This document shows, one piece after another, positions 18,072 to 26,544 of a DNA stretch of 64,000 nt. Source of the stretch: a virus (lineage: Duplodnaviria; Caudoviricetes); the IMG/VR virus record IMGVR_UViG_3300048549_001527. The stretch is one strand, 5' to 3'. A program made the translations under genes and the position numbers. Within the stretch, counting starts at the first letter, position 1. Every line of letters begins with the position of its first letter. Below the pieces are notes generated by a model, which worked only from the letters and a program-made list of their open reading frames with translations, did no database searches and was not told the DNA's origin.

Positions 18072-18323
18072 ATGAGTAAACTAATTCTTATTTCTGATAT
18101 TATTGAGACGCGGCTTCGTAAAGAAAAAGAAATTGAATATTATCAGAAGCAACTTGAAAAAATACAAAACAAAATGTTCTTCCTCAAAAAGGATCTTGAT
18201 ATCACAACATTAATTATTGACATGATTGAAAAAGAAAAGGTTGTTGATTTTAAAGAACAGATGGAGGACAAAACTATTATGTTAGGAAACAATAATGTGG
18301 ACAAAACCAAGACTGAAAACTAG
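18072..18323 (+). CDS. Coiled-coil hypothetical protein
   Basis: 83 aa ORF, Lys/Glu-rich heptads. Confidence 0.7.
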   Translation: MSKLILISDIIETRLRKEKEIEYYQKQLEKIQNKMFFLKKDLDITTLIIDMIEKEKVVDFKEQMEDKTIMLGNNNVDKTKTEN

Positions 18324-18576
18324 GCTAAAAGAAGGTAAATTTCTTGTAACTTGGAATAAAAGTTCTAAGACTAATGCAAACACACCTAGCACAACAAGGT
18401 CGTGTGAAGTTACATTAAAGCCAGAATTAATTCCAGAAGATAAACGCCATCGTTTACCTAATCCCCCGGCAACTGCAGATTACAGAGTTGGTGTATGGGA
18501 TTGCGAATTAAATGTATGGCATGTCGATGGAATACCGGCAACAAGAGTTATATCTGTTGTAGAAGTAACCGATTAA
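18295..18576 (+). CDS. DUF2693/WYL_2-like small phage protein
   Basis: LKEG.FLVTW.K...R...TL...IP...VWD.E...W pattern. Confidence 0.5.
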   Translation: MWTKPRLKTRLKEGKFLVTWNKSSKTNANTPSTTRSCEVTLKPELIPEDKRHRLPNPPATADYRVGVWDCELNVWHVDGIPATRVISVVEVTD

Positions 18577-18594
18577 AAACTGAAAGATTATATT

Positions 18595-19104
18595 ATGGAA
18601 GAACGTGAGCCTTACGAGGCATACATGCGTAGGCGCAATTTAGAAGAAGACACCCGTGAATTAAAATGGGATAACCGCTTTATGGAATTGGCTAAAACAA
18701 TTTCAGGATGGAGCAAAGATCCTTCGAGTAAAATTGGTGCAGTGGCAGTAAACGATGAACGCCGCATACTTGCGACTGGATATAACGGTTTCCCAAAAGG
18801 CATTGAAGATAGTCAAGAAAGACTAAACGATAGAGAACAAAAATATCCGCTTATTGTTCACGCTGAAACAAACGCGTTGATGAATGCGCTTTATGCTGGT
18901 GTTTCTTTAAAAAATGCAACAATGTACGTTCATGGATTACCCGTGTGTCCTGACTGTACTAAGCTTATTATTCAAGCAGGCATTCGTAGAATTGTTATTA
19001 ACAAATTCGTAATGAATACTCCAGAAAAATGGGTTGAGCTATGGAATAGCAAATCAGGACCTATGTTTAAAGAGGCAGGCGTATTGGTAACACAGCTTGG
19101 CTAA
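18595..19104 (+). CDS. cd: dCMP deaminase
   Basis: SKDPSSKIGA, GYNGFP, HAE.NA, PVCPDC zinc motif. Confidence 0.92.
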   Translation: MEEREPYEAYMRRRNLEEDTRELKWDNRFMELAKTISGWSKDPSSKIGAVAVNDERRILATGYNGFPKGIEDSQERLNDREQKYPLIVHAETNALMNALYAGVSLKNATMYVHGLPVCPDCTKLIIQAGIRRIVINKFVMNTPEKWVELWNSKSGPMFKEAGVLVTQLG

Positions 19105-19759
19105 TAATTTAACTGATATATATGTTGGCGTTAAGAAAAACGATCCTAATCGTAAAAAGAATGACTTTTATCCAACTCCGCCTCTTGCCACATATGTATT
19201 GTGCAAGTATGGTAATCCTCCACAAAATTTAATTGAACCTTGTGCCGGTCGAGGTAACATAACAAGAGAATTAGTTCGTAACGGTCATAATGTTATATCG
19301 TATGACTTAAATGATTATAGTGATAAATTAGTACCTATTAAAACTACAGTTGATGCTATGGAATTACAAAAGCTTGATGGCTTTGATGGTGTAGTTACCA
19401 ATCCCCCATATCATAAAGACTTGCCGCGGAAGATGGCGGAAAAATGGATAAAAGAATATGATTACGTCGCAATGTTTTTAAGACTAACTTTCTTTGAAGG
19501 AAAAAAACGAAATAAACTATTTACAAACTACCCGCCTAGTGATATAATATTTTTATCAGATCGAGTTAGATTTGATTCTAATATTGTAGAACCAATTGAA
19601 AAGAAAGATCAGATCGGCGGCATGATTGCATATGCTTGGTTCATTTGGAACAAAAAGTATCCGCAAGGATTAACTAAAATGCGTTGGGCAATGCTTGAAG
19701 ATGAATATGACGAGTGGAGATTAAATTATGATAAATGTAGTAATACCGGCAGCAGGTGA
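19097..19759 (+). CDS. Amino-DNA methyltransferase (N6-A or N4-C)
   Basis: DFYPTP, IEPCAGRG (motif I), VTNPPY (motif IV). Confidence 0.82.
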   Translation: MANNLTDIYVGVKKNDPNRKKNDFYPTPPLATYVLCKYGNPPQNLIEPCAGRGNITRELVRNGHNVISYDLNDYSDKLVPIKTTVDAMELQKLDGFDGVVTNPPYHKDLPRKMAEKWIKEYDYVAMFLRLTFFEGKKRNKLFTNYPPSDIIFLSDRVRFDSNIVEPIEKKDQIGGMIAYAWFIWNKKYPQGLTKMRWAMLEDEYDEWRLNYDKCSNTGSR

Positions 19760-21203
19760 GGCAACAAGATTAAAGCCATTAACTGCAAATTGCTCGAAGG
19801 CAATGATACGCGTACACGGTAAACCTACTATTGAATATATTATTGAGTCAGTTCATAATAACGGCGCTGTAGTTAATCAAATCATTATAGTTGATGGCAA
19901 GCATGACGATATTCGTGAGTGGGTTGCAAAATCAAAATATAATAATATTAAATGTGTAAAACAAGGATCTCTTAACGGTCCTCGTGATGCTATTGATGTT
20001 GGTATTAACAGTTTAGAAAATCCTACGTATCCTTTAGTTGTATGGCTAGGGGATGCAATTATTCTTGAAGAAGAACTACCTTTAGGCACTGACTTTTTAT
20101 TAACCAAAGAAGTTGAAGATCACTTTGCTTGGTGTATGTGGGATGGTAAAAAATACTTTAATAAACCAAAAGAAAATATTGAACAAGCTTCAGCTCTAGT
20201 AGGTCTATACAGTTTCAGTAGAGGATACGAAGCATATCACGCTTTTCACTACTCAAAAGGTTATGACATATCAGATGCTTTGGAGTTATATGAAGAACAC
20301 GCTTCATTTAATAATATCAACACGGAAAAATGGTATGACATCGGCGACATATCTTCATATCACAAAACTTGCGCAACTCTACTAACATTCAAAGCTCGTG
20401 AATTTAATTCGTTTGAATACAATTCAGATCTTAATATGATTACTAAATGGCCGCAGTCTGATAATAAATTTGCCGTTAAGACTATTATGAATGAAAAGAA
20501 TTGGTATGAAAATCTGAGCCCACTGCAAAATATGTTTGTTCCTAAAATTTTGCCAGATCCATATGCACTAACAATGTCATATGAGTCTGGTATTTTGCTA
20601 TCTGATTTGTTTATGCATGAGGATCTAAGCCCGTCTACTATTGAATACTTAATTGAAAAGGTATTCATTATAATGAACAAGTACTTCCATAAAAAAGCAA
20701 CACTTGAATTTGTCGCAGACTTTTGGGATAACGCTGAAAAAATGTGGATTGATAAAACCAAAAATCGTGGCGCTGATGATTATTATCTTGATGTTGCAGA
20801 GCGCTGTCTTAGTAGAGCTCGCCCAGTTTCAGGTATGCACGGTGATTTGCATTTCGGTAATATTCTTTATAATCCATATAACGATAGCATTACCTTGTTA
20901 GATCCGCGTGGCTCTTATGGAGATCATGTTGGTTGCGGCGGAGATTGGATGTATGATATGTGCAAATTGTCACACGACCTTTTCCATGGATATAATGAAT
21001 TAGTTTCCGGGCATAAATACCCTCAGACAGTACGTGAAACCTTTGGCCGATTGGTACTTAAATATTACCCTGACGCATATGATGATATTATTGACGGCGG
21101 CGCTTTGTTAATTGCAACTTGTTTGCCATTACATTACGACTGTGAAGAACGCCAACAAAGAATGAGAGATTATATTAATGAATACGCAAACCTTAGTAGT
21201 TGA
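19728..21203 (+). CDS. Sugar-phosphate nucleotidyltransferase fused to an APH/choline-kinase-like domain
   Basis: N-terminal VIPAAG.ATRLKPLT...KAM..V.GKP, W.DIG; C-terminal HGDLHFGNILY and LLDPRG. Confidence 0.88.
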   Translation: MINVVIPAAGEATRLKPLTANCSKAMIRVHGKPTIEYIIESVHNNGAVVNQIIIVDGKHDDIREWVAKSKYNNIKCVKQGSLNGPRDAIDVGINSLENPTYPLVVWLGDAIILEEELPLGTDFLLTKEVEDHFAWCMWDGKKYFNKPKENIEQASALVGLYSFSRGYEAYHAFHYSKGYDISDALELYEEHASFNNINTEKWYDIGDISSYHKTCATLLTFKAREFNSFEYNSDLNMITKWPQSDNKFAVKTIMNEKNWYENLSPLQNMFVPKILPDPYALTMSYESGILLSDLFMHEDLSPSTIEYLIEKVFIIMNKYFHKKATLEFVADFWDNAEKMWIDKTKNRGADDYYLDVAERCLSRARPVSGMHGDLHFGNILYNPYNDSITLLDPRGSYGDHVGCGGDWMYDMCKLSHDLFHGYNELVSGHKYPQTVRETFGRLVLKYYPDAYDDIIDGGALLIATCLPLHYDCEERQQRMRDYINEYANLSS

Positions 21204-21537
21204 TATTGATGACACGATTTGTACTCCGTTGCATGGCAGATCTGAATCTGAAGTTAAGTACGGAATGGCAAATCCTAATCGCCCAATGATTGCAAGTTTA
21301 CAAAAAGCAAAGAAAAACGGATATCGCATTGTACTTCATACCGCGCGACGAATGCTTACTCACGATGGTGACATAAATAAAATCATTAATGACGTCGGAA
21401 AAATAACCACAGACTGGTTGGATAAGTACGAAGTACCTTATGATGAAATTGTGTGGGGTAAACCACACGGTGTTTATTACATTGATGATAAAGCAATGAC
21501 TCCTGAAGAGTTCGTTAAGATGATGGAATGGAAGTGA
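21178..21537 (+). CDS. HAD-family phosphatase (capsule-biosynthesis phosphatase type)
   Basis: VVDIDDTIC, LHTARRM, WGKP, YYIDDKA. Confidence 0.85.
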   Translation: MNTQTLVVDIDDTICTPLHGRSESEVKYGMANPNRPMIASLQKAKKNGYRIVLHTARRMLTHDGDINKIINDVGKITTDWLDKYEVPYDEIVWGKPHGVYYIDDKAMTPEEFVKMMEWK

Positions 21538-21539
21538 TT

Positions 21540-22784
21540 ATGAAAAACATTGGTTTCGCAAAGATTGGTAAATCTATTAAATTTAAAACTAACAAGTACT
21601 CTCCCATTGGTGGAGATAATGAAGCGTCTTGCACTATACGAGCAATGGCAAACAACAACCCAGACAAAACGTTTTACCTAATTGGTCGTTCTGACTTTGG
21701 TGCATTGTCTGATACTGAACGTTTAGATTTGTTCCCATATGATAATGTAATTGACTGTTGGCACGGCGTTCCTTTGGCAATGTCAGAAACATATTATAAT
21801 CATATTATTAATTATTTTAAAGACATTGAGCTTGACTTTTCTGTTATGATGATTGGGCAAATTAGTAATGTTACAATCCCAGATAAAATTTGGAAAGTAC
21901 GTGAAAGTCAACAAGACGGCAAACCTGCTGCAACTCTTGATATGACTAAGTGGTACACAACTCCTATTACCAAATGGCTAAACGAAAGTAAGCCACGATG
22001 GATAGAAATTGTTAACGATCCACGATATGTTATCAAACAACCACGTGATGTATTTCATATGCCTTTCCGTTCTCTTGGACAATACGATTATGATTATGAA
22101 ACATTTTCTATTACTGATTACGAAAACCAAGAAAGATTAGTACGGGTTGTTCATTCTGAATATGCAGGAATGGAAACTGCTTTTTGCGGCGATTATGAAT
22201 ACACTGAACAAGTAAACACGGATCGTAACACAGACTTTATGGTTGTACTTAATGAAGGCAAACCGTCACGCTATAACTTACTTAAAAGCTGGGTACTTGA
22301 TAAATTTGATAACGTTGATATATACGGTAAGTGGCTCGACGAACGTGCTGAAAGCGACGAAAGGTTTAAAGGATCATTACATATCAATGAGATCCAAGAT
22401 AAACTACAGGATGTTAAGTTTACATTTATCATTCCAATTAAAGAAGGTTGGACCACATCAAAATATATTGAAATGATTCACGCTGGTGTTATTCCTTTCC
22501 TTCATCCAACTTATGACGACCAAGGTCATTTGCCTATTCCTAACTTTCTTAGACCTAAAACGCCTGAAGAATTTTATACAAATATGCAAAGACTAATTGA
22601 CAACCCAACAGAATACGAAACGGTTCTCAATGGATTGCGTAAAGCAATTCTTAAACCAGAATATTATGATGGTAGCTTTATTAATGACAATATTATGAAA
22701 GCTGCTGACGAAAATTATAAAAGACCTGACATGTTGCAGTTTACAAAGAAAAAAGCTGCGACACTTGAAGACTTTTTTGCATAG
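21540..22784 (+). CDS. GT-B fold glycosyltransferase, probably DNA-modifying (beta-glucosyltransferase-like)
   Basis: N-terminal G.AKIGK; C-terminal YGKW...FTFIIP...TSKYIEMIHAGVIPF GT-B signature; position inside the gp42/NDP-sugar locus. Confidence 0.65.
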   Translation: MKNIGFAKIGKSIKFKTNKYSPIGGDNEASCTIRAMANNNPDKTFYLIGRSDFGALSDTERLDLFPYDNVIDCWHGVPLAMSETYYNHIINYFKDIELDFSVMMIGQISNVTIPDKIWKVRESQQDGKPAATLDMTKWYTTPITKWLNESKPRWIEIVNDPRYVIKQPRDVFHMPFRSLGQYDYDYETFSITDYENQERLVRVVHSEYAGMETAFCGDYEYTEQVNTDRNTDFMVVLNEGKPSRYNLLKSWVLDKFDNVDIYGKWLDERAESDERFKGSLHINEIQDKLQDVKFTFIIPIKEGWTTSKYIEMIHAGVIPFLHPTYDDQGHLPIPNFLRPKTPEEFYTNMQRLIDNPTEYETVLNGLRKAILKPEYYDGSFINDNIMKAADENYKRPDMLQFTKKKAATLEDFFA

Positions 22785-22794
22785 AGGATATAAA

Positions 22795-24006
22795 ATGAGC
22801 GAAATTACATGGGCCCCAATTATTCCACTAATCGGTGGACAAATGCTAGGAGCAGAAAAAGCTTTTGGAAAACCACCTGAAGCTATCTATTCATACGCGG
22901 ACTTTGAAGGAAACGATAGTCATTATGTTAACTATCAGCAAAACGTCAAAGGGCGTGACGTACAATATAAAATGATACCTGAAAGTTCAAGTCGACATAT
23001 AAGTGTTATTTCAGGCACACCACCTTGTGCGGCATTATCACAACTTAACACTGGTAAAACCGAAGCGGCAAAAGGTGCAAAATGCGAAAAGAACGAATGG
23101 ATGTACGAAGTCTTTAAAGAAGGCATTAACCGATTTTCAGCTAAAGCTATTGTTGTTGAAAACGCTCCTGCACTGTTTACTAAAAAAGGTAAAGAAGTAG
23201 CTGATAATTTGTTTGACATTTGCTCAAAAGCAGGGTATAGTTTAACTCTATATAAAACATCTACAAAATATCATGGTATCCCACAAGCTAGAGATCGTTG
23301 TTTTGCCATTGGTTGGAATTCAGAAACCGCTCCTATTATGAATTGGTACAAACGGCCTCGTAAAAAGTTTCACGAATATCTTTCGGATTTAACAGACGAT
23401 ATTCAACAAATGGATATTTTGTGTAACAAAAAACTTGATGAAGAACCTTACTATCAATACATCAAGTCACTTACAAACGAAGATCCTCGTAAGGTAATTA
23501 TGGAAAGCGGACAGATTACGGCATTTAACTATATTAATAAAAGTGGTAAATTGCCTGCTTGTAATAAATGGATGCATGATACAAATAACGAACGCGGTAT
23601 CAAAGTATCAGACCATGCTGTTAAAAAGTTTGCAATGGGTAAAGGTATTTGGGATAGCTCAACACACGTCTTTGGAGATTGTATGAATGCAGTTATCGGT
23701 CGTAACCTTGCAGATACAATTCATCCAAAGTTTGATCGTTCTTTAACTATTCGTGAAGCGTTGTATCTTATGGGTTTCCCTCATGACTTTGAGCTTGTTG
23801 GCGGATTACCTAAAATGAATCATATTGCTCAAAACGTTCCTGTTCCAACATCAAGAGATATTCATACTGAAATCGGTAAGTTTATTCGTGGCGAGTTAAC
23901 GATGTCAGATACTAATTACCATCGTCAAGATAACCATAACGAACGGATGTGGTCTGATCCGGGTGGGAAAAACAACCAAGCAACACTTGAGGAGTTCATG
24001 GCTTGA
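22795..24006 (+). CDS. Divergent DNA cytosine-C5 methyltransferase
   Basis: GTPPCAALS (motif IV), VVENAP (VI), PQARDRCF (VIII), LTIREALYLMGFP (IX), IAQNVP (X); motif I degenerate (IIPLIGG). Confidence 0.82.
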   Translation: MSEITWAPIIPLIGGQMLGAEKAFGKPPEAIYSYADFEGNDSHYVNYQQNVKGRDVQYKMIPESSSRHISVISGTPPCAALSQLNTGKTEAAKGAKCEKNEWMYEVFKEGINRFSAKAIVVENAPALFTKKGKEVADNLFDICSKAGYSLTLYKTSTKYHGIPQARDRCFAIGWNSETAPIMNWYKRPRKKFHEYLSDLTDDIQQMDILCNKKLDEEPYYQYIKSLTNEDPRKVIMESGQITAFNYINKSGKLPACNKWMHDTNNERGIKVSDHAVKKFAMGKGIWDSSTHVFGDCMNAVIGRNLADTIHPKFDRSLTIREALYLMGFPHDFELVGGLPKMNHIAQNVPVPTSRDIHTEIGKFIRGELTMSDTNYHRQDNHNERMWSDPGGKNNQATLEEFMA

Positions 24007-24638
24007 AACACGACTTTATTATAGATTTTGAGACATTCGGCAAGGATGCTCAAAAGTGCGCAGTGATTGACTGTTCGGTGATGGTATTCAGTTGGGATAA
24101 AATGATTTCAGCTGATCCATATACTCTTGCAGATATATCAAAAACAAAACGATTTAAACTATCCGTGGTAGATCAAGTTAAAAATTATGGATGGGAAATT
24201 GATAAAGGAACAGTTACATGGTGGGAATCCTTAGGACCTGAAGTTCGTAGGAACATTAAACCACTTCCAACTGATTTAACTGTTGCTGATTTTACCAAGC
24301 AATTTCATGACTTTTTAATTGACTCGCCAAAGATTAGTAAATGGTGGTCTAGGTCAAATACATTTGACCCGATTATTCTTGGTCGTTTATTTCAATCACA
24401 AGATAAACTATTACATATGGAAGAGTACTTAAAGTATTGGGCAGTCCGCGATACACGTACTTATATTGATGCAAAGTTTGATTTTAAGCAAAAGAATGGG
24501 TTTATTCCATTTGCTGACGAACAGCGTTGGGAACAGATGTTTAAAGCTCACGACAGCTCGTGGGATATTTTAGCAGATGTATTACGCATGCAAGCAATTC
24601 GTAGGGCTGAGGAAGATTTAGAACAGGTGACAACATGA
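24003..24638 (+). CDS. dexA: DexA-like DEDD 3'-5' exonuclease
   Basis: IIDFET, SRSNTFD.IIL, VRDTRT, AHDSSWD. Confidence 0.8.
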   Translation: MKHDFIIDFETFGKDAQKCAVIDCSVMVFSWDKMISADPYTLADISKTKRFKLSVVDQVKNYGWEIDKGTVTWWESLGPEVRRNIKPLPTDLTVADFTKQFHDFLIDSPKISKWWSRSNTFDPIILGRLFQSQDKLLHMEEYLKYWAVRDTRTYIDAKFDFKQKNGFIPFADEQRWEQMFKAHDSSWDILADVLRMQAIRRAEEDLEQVTT

Positions 24639-25528
24639 ATTTAAACGTAACTATTGAAGACTTACAACAATATAAAATCTTTGTTGGTACACCAATGTAT
24701 GGTGGACAATGCGCAGGCTTATTCACAAAGGCTTGTAACGATCTTGCTATGTTGTGTACGGCTAATAAAATTCCAATTAAGTTTTATTATCTTTTTAATG
24801 AAAGTTTGGTACAAAGAGCTCGTAACTATATTGTTGATGAATTCCTACGCTCAGACTCAACGCATTTAATGTTTATTGATTCCGACATTGGTTTCAATCC
24901 AAGAGATGTTATTTCACTTATGGCAATATATCATTCAGATCCTGATAAGTATGACATTTTGACCGGACCTTATCCTAAAAAGACTATTGCGTGGGAAAAA
25001 GTTCATATGGCCGCAAAGGCAGGTAAAGGCGATGAAAATCCTTTTGAGCTTAACGAATTTACTGGAGACTTTGTATTTAATCCAGTAGGTGGAGTTACTA
25101 GTTTTAAAATGGATGCACCACTTGAAGTTGGTGAAGCAGGTACAGGATTTATGTTAATACCTCGTAAAGTATTTGAAGATTACCGAGCTGCATACCCTGA
25201 ATTGTCATATAAGCCAGACCACGCAAGAACTGAAAACTTTGACGGAGAACGTGATATTACAGCATTCTTTGATTGTATAATTGATCCAAAAACACGGCGG
25301 TATTTGTCTGAGGATTACTTCTTTTGTCAAAAGGCAAGAGCAATACAAAAAAGAGTTTGGATGTGTCCATGGATGAGAATGACTCATGTTGGTTCTTATA
25401 TGTTTAACGGTAATATGTCTGCTCTTGGATCTTTAGGAGCGTCTCCAACCGCAAATAAACAAAGCAATTCTAAGAACTATAAAAAACCATTGACAAAAAC
25501 CAAAAAACGTAATAAAATAAACAAATGA
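24635..25528 (+). CDS. GT-A fold glycosyltransferase-like protein
   Basis: GTPMYGG, LVQRARN, FIDSDIGF (DxD), GTGFMLI, LSEDY.FC. Confidence 0.7.
   Translation: MNLNVTIEDLQQYKIFVGTPMYGGQCAGLFTKACNDLAMLCTANKIPIKFYYLFNESLVQRARNYIVDEFLRSDSTHLMFIDSDIGFNPRDVISLMAIYHSDPDKYDILTGPYPKKTIAWEKVHMAAKAGKGDENPFELNEFTGDFVFNPVGGVTSFKMDAPLEVGEAGTGFMLIPRKVFEDYRAAYPELSYKPDHARTENFDGERDITAFFDCIIDPKTRRYLSEDYFFCQKARAIQKRVWMCPWMRMTHVGSYMFNGNMSALGSLGASPTANKQSNSKNYKKPLTKTKKRNKINK
25490..25518 (+). promoter_or_regulatory. Sigma70-type promoter for the clamp/loader operon
   Basis: TTGACA-17nt-TAAAAT within the 3' end of the upstream gene. Confidence 0.7.
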
Positions 25529-25550
25529 TGATTAACCTAGGAGCTATATA

Positions 25551-26216
25551 ATGAAATTTTCTGAACGCACTCTTACTATTCTTAAGAGTTTCTCTACTAT
25601 CAACAAATCAATCCAAATGAAGCAAGGGAATACCCTTCGTACCATTACACCTGAAAAAACACTGATTGCATCCGCAACAATCCCAGATCAGTTTCCATCA
25701 GAAGCATGTATTTACGATTTGTCAAGATTTTTATCAATTTTGTCACTTCATACTGCGCCAGACGTAGAGTTTCATGATAAATACTTTGTAATCACAGAAG
25801 GTAAACAGCGTACTCGTTACGCCTTTGCCGACGTTTCCATGATACACGCAGCGCCTGAAAAAACCATTGAATTGCCGTCGGCTGATGTGGTTGTTGATGT
25901 ATCTTGGAATGATTTGCAATCTGTTCAAAAAGCGGCAGGTGTTCTTCAGTTTAATGAAGTTGCATTTGTTGGCCAGGATGGAAAGTGTTACTTAAAGGCC
26001 ATTGATAGTTCGTCTGCGGCAGCGGATGACTACGGTGTAGAAATTGGCGATACTGCCGATGAGTTTAAAATTATTATTAAAACTGATAATTTGAAGCTCT
26101 TACCTCAAGATTACAGAGTTACGCTGTCAAGTAAAGGTATCTCTGAATTTAAAGGTGAAGACGTCACGTATTTCGTGGCTATTGATACAAAGTCGACTTA
26201 TAAGAAAGGATCCTAA
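25551..26216 (+). CDS. 45: Sliding clamp
   Basis: MKFSERTLTILKSFSTINKSI, IYDLSRFL, NLKLLPQDY.V; operon with the clamp loader. Confidence 0.92.
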   Translation: MKFSERTLTILKSFSTINKSIQMKQGNTLRTITPEKTLIASATIPDQFPSEACIYDLSRFLSILSLHTAPDVEFHDKYFVITEGKQRTRYAFADVSMIHAAPEKTIELPSADVVVDVSWNDLQSVQKAAGVLQFNEVAFVGQDGKCYLKAIDSSSAAADDYGVEIGDTADEFKIIIKTDNLKLLPQDYRVTLSSKGISEFKGEDVTYFVAIDTKSTYKKGS

Positions 26217-26218
26217 TT

Positions 26219-26476
26219 ATGGATGAAAATCAACAACCTGAAAATCCAGGTGGAATTAACCTACAAGATATGGCAACAGTTGTTCAAATCATTGACATTG
26301 CCTCGCGTCGTGGTGCTTTTGAAGGCCGTGAACTGCAAGGTGTTGGCATGCTTCGGAATAAAATTGAAGCGTTCTTACGTGCACAACAGCAACAGCCTGA
26401 AGGTATGATGCCGCCACCTGACGCAGCAGCAGATGTCCCTCAAGATGCACCACTTGCAGATAAAGTGACAAACTAA
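26219..26476 (+). CDS. Hypothetical protein
   Basis: 85 aa ORF between gp45 and gp44 (IIDIASRRGAFEG). Confidence 0.75.
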   Translation: MDENQQPENPGGINLQDMATVVQIIDIASRRGAFEGRELQGVGMLRNKIEAFLRAQQQQPEGMMPPPDAAADVPQDAPLADKVTN

Positions 26477-26544
26477 TTGTTGAAACGAACGCGGGCAATC
26501 GTTGTAAAACAAACCCGCACCTTATTTTATATTATGGAGACAAT

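Noticed and set aside
26491-26518. GCGGG...CCCGC hairpin upstream of gp44
   Set aside because: Only a 5-bp outer stem with a large asymmetric interior and a weak U-tract; function unsupported.
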